A model generated the notes under the pieces. The model ran no database searches. It saw nothing but the letters and a program-made list of their open reading frames with translations, and was not told where the DNA came from. A program made the position numbers and the translations under genes. This document shows positions 46,973-55,674 of a stretch of 64,000 nucleotides of DNA, in pieces. Position 1 is the first letter of the stretch. Every line of letters starts with the position of its first letter. The DNA is from an uncultured Lachnospiraceae bacterium (GTDB lineage Bacteria > Bacillota > Clostridia > Lachnospirales > Lachnospiraceae), in assembly GCA_964421915.1 (NCBI GenBank), contig CAYQZB010000005.1, positions 18,761 through 82,760 on the forward strand. Direction: 5' to 3'.

Positions 46973-48298
46973 TTATACTATATTCGGCACGATCCCATGT
47001 TTTATCTGTTTTCTGTAATACAGATTTACGAAGAAATAGAAAAATGTCTGAAAAGGTCTCCGTAAGACGGATCTTGTAAGGAGCGTCCGTTTCAGGATGC
47101 ATTTGATGGAATAAACATCATTGTAAAGGTCCCAGTACGCTTTTGTCAGTTCTTCCGGCGTCATATTCTTAGGGATATGTACGGCTTCGCAGGAATTATA
47201 GGAATACATATCCGTGTTATAGATCCTGTTTTGCTGTTTCATTTCTTCCCAATATTTTGTTCCGGGGATCGGTGTTAAAATATAAAATCTCGGCACTGCA
47301 ATATGATTTTTTTCGATAAACCGAGCTGTCTTCCTGATGGATTCCAAGGTGTCGCCCTCCGCGCCGATGACCATTTCCGTGGAAATATCAATACCGTGTT
47401 TTCGGATGATCCCTATCTGCTCCGGATATTTTGCAGGATCAGCCCATGCCTTACTCATTCCCAGCAGGCTTTCCTTACTGATGCTTTCCAGACCGAAGCT
47501 TAAGACGTAACAGCCGCTGGAGGCTATGATATCCAACAATTCTTCATCCCCGGCAATATCGATGGAGCATTGCGTCATCCATTTCATTTTTAACTTTTTG
47601 ATCTCAGCGCATAATCTGACGGCATAATCCCTGTCGGAAAAAATATTATCATCCAATAACAGAAACTGCCGAAATCCCAATTCTTTTATTTTTTTAATAT
47701 CCCTGATAACATCAGAAATCTCTCTTTGCAAATATTGTCCCTGATAAAGACAATAAATAGAGCAAAAGCTGCATGTTTTCGGGCATCCTCTGCCTGCCTG
47801 CACCGGCAGAAAATTTCCTATTTTCTTATCCAGCAGCATTTCATAGCTGGGCAGCGGTGTTTTCAATTCCGTTAGTTTTTTACGATATATTTTTTTTAGA
47901 TTCCCGTTTTTATAATCCTCGATCATTTCACCCCATGTTTCCTCGGAGTCGCCGATCATGACAGAGTCGCCGTATTTCAATGCTTCGTCAGGCATAAGAC
48001 TTACCATATATCCGCCCAAAACCACTGTTTTTCCCAATTTCCGGAATTTTTTAGCGATGTCGATCGTCCTCATGACGGCGTGTCCCATGCTGCTGATGCC
48101 GATCAGATCAGCGTCTGTATCAAAAGGAACATCTTCTATTGTCTCATAGCAAAGTTCAACATCAACGTCCTCCGGAGTAAGTGCCGCCAGTAACGGTAAT
48201 GCCAGTCCCACAAAATATAACCGGTTCTTTTTCACCAGATTGCCGTATTGGTCATATGGCGTAGGTTGAATCAATAAAATTTTATGAGTACTCTTCAT
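46973..48298 (-). CDS. B12-binding-domain radical SAM enzyme (class B), paralogue 4
   Basis: 'GRGCPKTCSFCS' (CxxxCxxC) after an N-terminal Rossmann-like ~150 aa ('ADLIGISS...VVLGG'). Confidence 0.8.
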   Translation of the reverse strand: MKSTHKILLIQPTPYDQYGNLVKKNRLYFVGLALPLLAALTPEDVDVELCYETIEDVPFDTDADLIGISSMGHAVMRTIDIAKKFRKLGKTVVLGGYMVSLMPDEALKYGDSVMIGDSEETWGEMIEDYKNGNLKKIYRKKLTELKTPLPSYEMLLDKKIGNFLPVQAGRGCPKTCSFCSIYCLYQGQYLQREISDVIRDIKKIKELGFRQFLLLDDNIFSDRDYAVRLCAEIKKLKMKWMTQCSIDIAGDEELLDIIASSGCYVLSFGLESISKESLLGMSKAWADPAKYPEQIGIIRKHGIDISTEMVIGAEGDTLESIRKTARFIEKNHIAVPRFYILTPIPGTKYWEEMKQQNRIYNTDMYSYNSCEAVHIPKNMTPEELTKAYWDLYNDVYSIKCILKRTLLTRSVLRRPFQTFFYFFVNLYYRKQIKHGIVPNIV

Positions 48299-48319
48299 TT
48301 GTTACCCCCTTAAGATGAA

Positions 48320-49645
48320 TCAAAACCATCCCTTTTTCTTAGTATCATACGCAGAGTGGAATAATGTCCTTACCAATACTTTTGGATAGGTCAGAACATG
48401 AAGCCAATAAAATCTCATCTGAAACATAAATGCACTCATATGTTCAGGGGGGATGGTTACATGCAGCCCGTCTCTGTTTTTAGCCTTAAAGTTGACCAAT
48501 TGATCTTTGTATTGCTCATAAGCATCCGTGCCTTTGTATGGAGTAAATATGCCAAATAACGGCCAAAGCAGATTGTTTTCTTTTATAAAATCAAAAAGTT
48601 TTCTAAAGTCCTGTTTAGTTGATTTATGGCTGATCACAAACAGACCATTGCAGACAATATTATTTTCATGGCAGTGCTTTATGGCTAAAACATTGTCATT
48701 TTTAGAAGTCTGCTTATTATATTCCTTTAACTGTTCATCATTTACAGCTTCAAGCCCTATGAGCAGATCTCTGAATCCGGCGCTGTATGCCAGAGGCAGA
48801 ATATCCGGATTTTTTGCAATAAAATCTGCTCTGGCATAAGCCATGAACTGCTTCTTAATCCCCTTTTCAATTATTTTTTCGCAAAATAATTTTACTCTCT
48901 CTTTATGAAAGAAAAAGGTATCATCTACAAACCATATTTTGTCATGATCAATTGACTCAACCTCTTCGATAACCTCATTGATATCTCTTTCGGTATATAT
49001 TCCGCTGTTCATTTTGGTACAATAACAAAAGCTGCAATGAAAGGGACAGGAAAAGGATGCCTTGCTGAGCGCATATTTCCCTTTCAAAAAAATAAAGTTC
49101 TTTTTTAATCCTCTGTAAAATTCAGTTCTGTCCGGCTTTACGATAAAACCGTTTACAGGTTTTCCCTTCTCTTTTATGATCCATTCATTATCCTTTTTAT
49201 AGCATATTCCTGATTGTTCCTCCAGTACATCTCCCTTAAGATTACTCTCCCACATATTTTTTAATGTCTGAAGTCCATTATCATGATAGACAAGATCGAT
49301 ATCATCAGTACAAAAGTCTTTGTAATTCAATTCCGCTTCCGGTCCGCCAACCATGATCGTGATATCTTTGAACTTTTTCTTTAGCTGTTCGGATCTTCCC
49401 TTTATGTAGTCGACCGTATTTGCATTTGCGTTAAAACCTATAAAATTATATCCATTCTTTTTTATTTTACGGACAATTCTGTTATATCGAAAGAACCATG
49501 AGTGTTGAAATTCATCTAATATTTCACACTCTATTTTTAAATCTCTGCACAGCCCGGCCAAATACTCCAGTCCTAATGGTTCCAAATTTGCGACAAGAGA
49601 TGAATATTTGGGTCTTATGAGTAATACTTTTAATTTCTCTCCCAT
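48320..49645 (-). CDS. B12-binding-domain radical SAM enzyme (class B), paralogue 3
   Basis: 'SFSCPFHCSFCYC'. N-terminal 'FIGFNA...TIMVGGPEA'. Confidence 0.8.
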   Translation of the reverse strand: MGEKLKVLLIRPKYSSLVANLEPLGLEYLAGLCRDLKIECEILDEFQHSWFFRYNRIVRKIKKNGYNFIGFNANANTVDYIKGRSEQLKKKFKDITIMVGGPEAELNYKDFCTDDIDLVYHDNGLQTLKNMWESNLKGDVLEEQSGICYKKDNEWIIKEKGKPVNGFIVKPDRTEFYRGLKKNFIFLKGKYALSKASFSCPFHCSFCYCTKMNSGIYTERDINEVIEEVESIDHDKIWFVDDTFFFHKERVKLFCEKIIEKGIKKQFMAYARADFIAKNPDILPLAYSAGFRDLLIGLEAVNDEQLKEYNKQTSKNDNVLAIKHCHENNIVCNGLFVISHKSTKQDFRKLFDFIKENNLLWPLFGIFTPYKGTDAYEQYKDQLVNFKAKNRDGLHVTIPPEHMSAFMFQMRFYWLHVLTYPKVLVRTLFHSAYDTKKKGWF

Positions 49646-49648
49646 AAT

Positions 49649-51010
49649 TTACTCCCCAATCAGTTTTTCCAGATATTGTATATTCACTTTAAATGCACCG
49701 AAACTTAATTTTAAAGTATCTTTTATGCCATATTTTTTGATCATATACAGGGCGCTTTTGGGATTGACCATGATTTGATAATACAGCATCATCGTATAAA
49801 AATAATATTTTCTTACGGATAGGTACGTCGGCTTTACGACAAGATGCGCCAAGTCCCATTTTTCATATTCATCTTCCCTGATGATAAAATCTTTTTTATA
49901 TTTTTCATAAAGCTCTGTTCCCCGAAGCGGCGTCAATGGTTGTAAATTGACAAATACGATACCCAGCTTTTTGATCCAGCGTTCCAATGCCTTAAAATCT
50001 TCTTTTTTCCAGTCAATTCCGGTAATAAAGGTTCCGTAACATTCAACGTCGTATTTTTTTAAGATACCGACTGCCTTTTCGTTTACGGCAACCTGCGTCA
50101 TTTTATGATAATCATTCAGTTCTTTGCTGTCGCAGGATTCCAGACCGACAATAACAGCGCGCAGACCTACTTTTTTAAACACCTTGATAACATTCTCGTT
50201 TTTTGCAATAAAATCCGCCCTGCCATAGATCAGGTATCTTTTTTTGATATGATTCTGCTTTAATAATTGGCAGAATTTAAGGATGCGGGTTTTATTCACA
50301 AGAAAGTCATCGTCAACAATATAGATCTCCGTTTCCTTAATAGTCTTTAATTCCGCAATGATATCTTCCAGATCTCTGGTAAAATAATTACCGTCAGTGA
50401 TCTGCCTGCAAAAACAAAAGGAACACTGATAAGGGCAGCCGAAAGAAGTTTTGATAAGGCTGCAGTTGCGGTGAAACATATAATAATATTTGGAGCGGTA
50501 GCGGTCCACCTTTCTCCTGTCTGGAAATGCATAAGGAAAGCAGGTTTCCTTATGGGGCTTTTCTCCATTTTTCCGGTAGATGCAGGGAAGATCAGTGGCA
50601 GCAGTTTTCTGTTCCAGATGGTCAAGGATTTCCGTAATTGTTTTTAATCCGTTGGCACGGATGATATAATCAATGTTTTCCGATTCAAAATCTTCCGGGT
50701 TTACTTCCGCATGTACCCCACCGACAAGCACTTGAATAGCGGGATCATAAGCCTTGATTTCCTCGGCATATTTTTTAATAACATTTACATGGGCGATATA
50801 TCCGGTGATGCCCACTGCCTGCGGATGATATTTTTGGATAAAATAGGTAAGATCCCTTTTTTCAAGAATCATATCGATGATGATGGACTTATGTCCATGT
50901 GTCCTGATGTTGGATGCGATATATTCCAATTCCAGCGGCTCGCAGATCATCAGGTTCTGCAGTCCTATCGTGTCTTTGTGCGGTTTTGGACGTATCAATA
51001 AAATGTTCAT
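49649..51010 (-). CDS. B12-binding-domain radical SAM enzyme (class B), paralogue 2
   Basis: 'SFGCPYQCSFCFC'. N-terminal 'AVGITG...QVLVGGVHA'. Confidence 0.8.
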   Translation of the reverse strand: MNILLIRPKPHKDTIGLQNLMICEPLELEYIASNIRTHGHKSIIIDMILEKRDLTYFIQKYHPQAVGITGYIAHVNVIKKYAEEIKAYDPAIQVLVGGVHAEVNPEDFESENIDYIIRANGLKTITEILDHLEQKTAATDLPCIYRKNGEKPHKETCFPYAFPDRRKVDRYRSKYYYMFHRNCSLIKTSFGCPYQCSFCFCRQITDGNYFTRDLEDIIAELKTIKETEIYIVDDDFLVNKTRILKFCQLLKQNHIKKRYLIYGRADFIAKNENVIKVFKKVGLRAVIVGLESCDSKELNDYHKMTQVAVNEKAVGILKKYDVECYGTFITGIDWKKEDFKALERWIKKLGIVFVNLQPLTPLRGTELYEKYKKDFIIREDEYEKWDLAHLVVKPTYLSVRKYYFYTMMLYYQIMVNPKSALYMIKKYGIKDTLKLSFGAFKVNIQYLEKLIGE

Positions 51011-51077
51011 GATTAGTCTCCGTGCAGCAGTTGTTTTTTATAACTCTGCTTTTATCAATAAATTATGGCGCAGGTTT

Positions 51078-51698
51078 TTACTTCTCCAGATGAAATAACG
51101 CGATCGTGGGCATATAGAATTTTTCCCGTATGACCTTTACTTCCTGTAGCTTTAATCCGGCATTATGAAAAAGGACTTTCATTTCCTTTACTGACAGATA
51201 TCTTGCTTTGCTTGTAGTTGCCTTCAAAAAGAAATTGATCATCAGGTCTTTGAAGCTGTTTGTGGACGAATTGACGATGATGACCGTTGCCCCAGGATTG
51301 CATAAATCCGCAAATTTACAAAGAGTCTCCTCTTTATTCGGAAAATAAGGAAATGCATGGGTACAAATTATGATATCATATTTCTCCGTATTCTTGAAAT
51401 CTTCCACAGGGCATAATTGAAACAGGATATTCTGTCCTTTCACGCTTTCCTTTGCAAGGCCGATCATATTATGGGCAACGTCGATTCCCAGATAATTGAT
51501 CTGCGGGTATTGTTCGGAAATTTCCTGGATCAATTGTCCCGTCCCGCAGCCGGCTTCAAATAGTTTTAATGATGCATCAGCCTGTAGTTTGGGCAGTACA
51601 ATCTTTAAGACCTCCCGTCTGGTGGGACCCAAAGAATATTTCTGTACCCATAGACGGTTATATTTGTGAGCAAGATTTTCCCATTTTTGATACTTCAT
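51078..51698 (-). CDS. Class I SAM-dependent methyltransferase
   Basis: 'LFEAGCGTGQLIQEI' motif I. 206 aa. Confidence 0.8.
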   Translation of the reverse strand: MKYQKWENLAHKYNRLWVQKYSLGPTRREVLKIVLPKLQADASLKLFEAGCGTGQLIQEISEQYPQINYLGIDVAHNMIGLAKESVKGQNILFQLCPVEDFKNTEKYDIIICTHAFPYFPNKEETLCKFADLCNPGATVIIVNSSTNSFKDLMINFFLKATTSKARYLSVKEMKVLFHNAGLKLQEVKVIREKFYMPTIALFHLEK

Positions 51699-51859
51699 CT
51701 TTATCCTCCATGTTATGATTGTTTTTCAACCTGTCTCCATGTCAATTTATATCTTATTTTTTCATATTTAATGAGTATCCTTTTCAATAACCTGCAAACT
51801 TTGGGCCGCAGGCACAAATTTGCAATTGAAAAAATAAGATAATATCTTATTTTTTCAAT
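51699..51859 (-). repeat. Variant copy of the modular hairpin repeat (H1, H2-like hairpin, RBS end; long H3 hairpin absent), minus orientation
   Basis: H1 at 51825-51859 (ATTGAAAAAATAAGAT..ATCTTATTTTTTCAAT) overlaps the rSAM stop codon. H2-like hairpin at 51793-51824 (TGCAAACTTTG..CAAATTTGCA). On the minus strand the element ends 'ACATGGAGGATAAAGATG', like copy 3 'ACATGGAGGATAAATATG'. Confidence 0.65.
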
Positions 51860-53211
51860 TTGAGTCCTTTGACTACTTCCACCCAATATTCCAGAGAAGC
51901 GTTGATTGCCGCACCCAGATAGCGGAACGGCAGGACTCTTTTTCTCAGGGTCAGCATAGCCTGTTTTACGTATAACTTGTAAAATTCAAAATAAAATGTA
52001 GTCCTGCTCATCTTGGAAGGGTTAATGGTCAAATGAACAAAATCCCATTTTCTATAGTCGTTCGTAACGATCCTGTCTTTGTATTTTTCATACTGTGCGG
52101 TACCCGGCATAGGGGTAAGGATAGAGATCGTTGATAAGTAAAGTTCATACTTTTTGATAAATTCATAAAGTTTTTTAAAATAACTTTTTTCTGCGTCGAT
52201 ATCTATCATAAAAAGACCGATACAGGTAATATTGCATTCCTTTAATATGCGGATCGCACTTAAGATGATATCAACGCTGCTGTCCTTTTCGTATTTTTTT
52301 AAGACCTCATCGTCGATCACTTCCAATCCGACAGCGCACATGGAGACACCTATTTCCGATAGTTTTTTCATATATTCCGGATGCCCGGCAATAAAATCGG
52401 CGCGGAAATACAAGAAAAACTTCTTTTTTATCTTCTCTTTTTTTATTAAATCAATAAAACGGTCTAATTTTTTTACATCAACATAAAACGTATCGTCAAC
52501 GATCCAGATATTGTCGCAATTGATCGTTTTGATTTCTTCCACAACATGTTCCGGTTCCCTGCAAAGATATTGCCCACCGTTTAAAAGCGTGGAAAAGCAG
52601 TAATTACAATGATGGGGACAGCTATAGCTTGCTTTTAGGATCGCCAGTGGTTTTGCCGTCACGTATTTATATCTTTTCAGGTTCCGGTACAGATGCTCCC
52701 TGTCGGGAAAAGGCAGATCCGCGATACGGAAGATCTCCCGATCATTTTTATGCCATACATTCCCGTCATAATAACAGATTCCCTTGATATTCCGGTAATC
52801 CGCAGGCTGTTCGGATATGATCGCTTCAAAGGGCTGGAATCCGCCGCTGTGGATGATCACGTCGATCCCTTCAAACTGAAAATCCTCCGGCATCACTTCC
52901 GCATGGGGACCTCCGACAACGGTAAGGATATCAGGATTGTAATTTTTTATGGTCTTAACATATTTTTTAATGGGGTATATATGCACAAAATTGGCGGTCA
53001 TTGCCACAATATCCGGCTGGAATTGACGCAGCAGGCGCTTTAACGACGTATGCTTAATCGTAAGGTCGCAGATCCTGCTTTCCACTCCCTGTCTTTTGCA
53101 GATGGCGGTCATATATTCCAGTTCCAGCGGTTCGGTGACGATCAGGGATAATTTGGTAAATACATTTTTAAAACTTGGCTTGATCAATAATACTTTCATT
53201 AAATTCTCCAT
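51847..53211 (-). CDS. B12-binding-domain radical SAM enzyme (class B), paralogue 1
   Basis: 'SYSCPHHCNYCF'. N-terminal 'IVAMTA...TVVGGPHA'. Confidence 0.8.
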   Translation of the reverse strand: MENLMKVLLIKPSFKNVFTKLSLIVTEPLELEYMTAICKRQGVESRICDLTIKHTSLKRLLRQFQPDIVAMTANFVHIYPIKKYVKTIKNYNPDILTVVGGPHAEVMPEDFQFEGIDVIIHSGGFQPFEAIISEQPADYRNIKGICYYDGNVWHKNDREIFRIADLPFPDREHLYRNLKRYKYVTAKPLAILKASYSCPHHCNYCFSTLLNGGQYLCREPEHVVEEIKTINCDNIWIVDDTFYVDVKKLDRFIDLIKKEKIKKKFFLYFRADFIAGHPEYMKKLSEIGVSMCAVGLEVIDDEVLKKYEKDSSVDIILSAIRILKECNITCIGLFMIDIDAEKSYFKKLYEFIKKYELYLSTISILTPMPGTAQYEKYKDRIVTNDYRKWDFVHLTINPSKMSRTTFYFEFYKLYVKQAMLTLRKRVLPFRYLGAAINASLEYWVEVVKGLKLKK

Positions 53212-53273
53212 TAAGCAGCTCTTTGCAAAAATCCTTCATGCCACCTTTGGCGGCTCAAATAGAAACTATCTTC

Positions 53274-54269
53274 TTACATCAGCGCACGGTAATTCGGAAA
53301 ATCATATTTGTATTCCAGGAGCCCTTTTCCGAGCCTTGCTGCGGCATTTAGTATTCTGTTTGAGTGGTGCGCGTAAAAATATTTCTTTTCCAGTCTTGCC
53401 CCGAATCTCAGCTTTGTGTCTTCCGAAGTCTGTCCGAAGTCGATCGCGCCGCACCCGTGCGATATAGCATAACATATGATGTGATACAGCATATAATAAT
53501 ATAGATCCGCGGTGTGATAATTATAGTCCATGCCGCACAGCATAAAAATAAGTTTTTCTCGGTTTTGTTTTAAAAGCACAAAGCCTACCGGATCGGTATC
53601 CTGAAAAAATACCAGCCTGACGGCGTCGATTTTGTCAAAAAAGCCCTTTTCCAGTTTCTCCAGTTTATAATTGGACTTTTCGTAGGTATTCAGATATAAT
53701 CTGTAAATATCAACGCTGCCGTCATTAATTTCCTTTACGGTCAGGTCTTTGCATGCAGCTGTGGCCTTTCTGATCCTTCTTCTATAGGGGCTTCTTAAAT
53801 GGGTCATATATTCCTCTATGGAATCCAGATGTCTGTCCAGAATACATGTGGGAAGCGTTTCCCCGATCGTCATCTGTCTTACGGATGGGCAGCTGCTGAT
53901 ATTCCCCACGTTTAATACAAGTTTGGCGCCTTTGATTTTTTTGATATAATCAAACATCATTTCCTCATCATTGGTAAGGTAACCGCAGCAGCTTAAGGAA
54001 CAGGGGTAGCCGATCACCTTTAGCTTCAGGAAGCATTTCAGCTTTCCGAAAGTAAAAATGTTCATTTTATTTTCATAGATCGTAAAAAAAGCATAGGCGT
54101 CATTTTTCTGAATAAATACATATTTTTGACGCAGCTTGTTTTCTTCTTTTAACAGATTCAACAGCCCGCTTTCAAAGGGATATTCCAGAATATCTTTGAC
54201 AAGACCGCTGATCTCGTCAAAATGATCGCTGATATAAACGGTTTTTTCCTGATCAGATATCTTTTTCAT
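53274..54269 (-). CDS. GNAT-fold acyltransferase of the FemAB/CelD-like (Acetyltransf_6) type
   Basis: 'VGFVLLKQNREKLIFMLCGMDYN...GCGAIDFGQTSEDTKLRFGARLE' resembles the BioF2-like/CelD acetyltransferase pattern. Assignment from memory. Confidence 0.55.
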   Translation of the reverse strand: MKKISDQEKTVYISDHFDEISGLVKDILEYPFESGLLNLLKEENKLRQKYVFIQKNDAYAFFTIYENKMNIFTFGKLKCFLKLKVIGYPCSLSCCGYLTNDEEMMFDYIKKIKGAKLVLNVGNISSCPSVRQMTIGETLPTCILDRHLDSIEEYMTHLRSPYRRRIRKATAACKDLTVKEINDGSVDIYRLYLNTYEKSNYKLEKLEKGFFDKIDAVRLVFFQDTDPVGFVLLKQNREKLIFMLCGMDYNYHTADLYYYMLYHIICYAISHGCGAIDFGQTSEDTKLRFGARLEKKYFYAHHSNRILNAAARLGKGLLEYKYDFPNYRALM

Positions 54270-55335
54270 AAGTTACATAGTCCTTATATCTGCTGTCGCA
54301 TATTGCCTGACAAAAGCTGTTGGAGTCCTTATTTTCGTCTAAGATCCAGGAGGTTTCCGCTCTGGTGATATGGTAATGCTTCAAGTTCTTAAAGATCTGG
54401 TTGATCAGTGCTAATGCCAGTCCTGATCGCCTGTTTTCGTCCAAAATCCCGTATTCCATGATCTTAGCCGTTTTTATCCGGCTGCCAAAAAAAATATTTT
54501 TGATAAAATGCTTTGCGCCGAAGATATCGCCCTTTTTACCCAGCTCGTTAAAGTCGGGATACCACATGATAAATCCCACCGGCTGATCTCCCTGAAATGC
54601 AAAAATCAGGGAATCCTCCTTCATAAACAGGAATAATTCTTTTAACATTTCAATATCTTCCTGATAATTCCGTTGATAGTAATATCTGTGGCTGGCAAAG
54701 GTTTTGTTATTCAGATTGGTATATATTTTTGCATCCTCAATAAATCTTTTTTTGTCAAAATTACGGAAAGTATATGTTTTGTCCAATTTTTCAAATAGTT
54801 TTTGAAAGTTATCCAGTCGTTGATCAATTGCTCGGATCACATAGGTATTCATTTTGATCTCCGAAAAATCCATGCCCTTAAAATAATCATGATAATAGCT
54901 TGGATTGGCGGCTGCGGAAAAGGAATTGATTGTATTGTAATGGGAGCTTAAGAAACCCAGCCCGTAATTTACGTGACCGTTCAGCCCTACTACAATTTTT
55001 TTGCAGCCTTTATCTTTTCCTATTTTGATTGCTCTATCCACCAGCAGCTTCACAGCTTCGGACTGTTCCGGCAGACTTTCAAAAAAACATAGTTGGATAT
55101 AATCCGGCAGATCCTTGGCAAAAACCACGATCCCCTGACTGACGATCCTGCCGTCATGTATGACATTGATCGGATAGATGTCCTTGCCGTTGATAAAGCT
55201 TGTCTGTTTCCGGAACACCTCCCGGATCATAAAGTAACTGTTATCTATAAAGTTATTGTTGCTTTGATATAAGTCTTTCCGAAATCTTAAAAACTGTTTT
55301 TCGTCCTTTTTATGCGTAATTGCCGCTAATTCCAT
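54253..55335 (-). CDS. Two-domain GNAT-like acyltransferase (putative)
   Basis: C-terminal 'VGFIMWYPDFN...YGILDENRRSGLALALINQIFKNLK...RAETSWILDENKDSN' resembles the GNAT acyl-CoA-binding core. Weak assignment. Confidence 0.45.
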   Translation of the reverse strand: MELAAITHKKDEKQFLRFRKDLYQSNNNFIDNSYFMIREVFRKQTSFINGKDIYPINVIHDGRIVSQGIVVFAKDLPDYIQLCFFESLPEQSEAVKLLVDRAIKIGKDKGCKKIVVGLNGHVNYGLGFLSSHYNTINSFSAAANPSYYHDYFKGMDFSEIKMNTYVIRAIDQRLDNFQKLFEKLDKTYTFRNFDKKRFIEDAKIYTNLNNKTFASHRYYYQRNYQEDIEMLKELFLFMKEDSLIFAFQGDQPVGFIMWYPDFNELGKKGDIFGAKHFIKNIFFGSRIKTAKIMEYGILDENRRSGLALALINQIFKNLKHYHITRAETSWILDENKDSNSFCQAICDSRYKDYVTYEKDI

Positions 55336-55416
55336 TTTCTTTTGCGTCCTTGTCTAAATATCGTTTTTCGGAGTGAAATTTCAAGCAATTGCCTGAAATA
55401 CCTTTTTACACGGCGC

Positions 55417-55674
55417 TCAGCTCTTGGCATTTTCAATATATTCTATCAGATCGCCCACCGTATTGATAGAATGGTATTTTTCCTCATCTATCTCAATATG
55501 AAAAGTATCTTCAATAAGAGCTATCAAATTGATAAAGTCAAAGGAAGTAAGTCCGAGATCGGTTTTTATGTTCGTCTCCGTGCTGATATCGTCAATATGA
55601 TAATTCTCTTTTAATAAAGTCTTCAGTTGGCTTAACATAGCGTCTCCTTGAGCATAAATCTTTTTATTTTTCAT
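55417..55674 (-). CDS. Acyl carrier protein
   Basis: 'DLGLTSFDFINLIALIED' phosphopantetheine-attachment type motif. 4-nt ATGA overlap with the ligase stop. Confidence 0.8.
   Translation of the reverse strand: MKNKKIYAQGDAMLSQLKTLLKENYHIDDISTETNIKTDLGLTSFDFINLIALIEDTFHIEIDEEKYHSINTVGDLIEYIENAKS

Noticed and set aside
46973-53211. Interpreting the four radical SAM genes as RiPP (sactipeptide/ranthipeptide-type) maturases
   Set aside because: No C-terminal SPASM/twitch Cys clusters are seen, and there is no small precursor-peptide ORF or peptidase/ABC exporter in the operon. The N-terminal domains look like B12-binding domains, and the partners are acyl ligase, ACP and acyltransferases.
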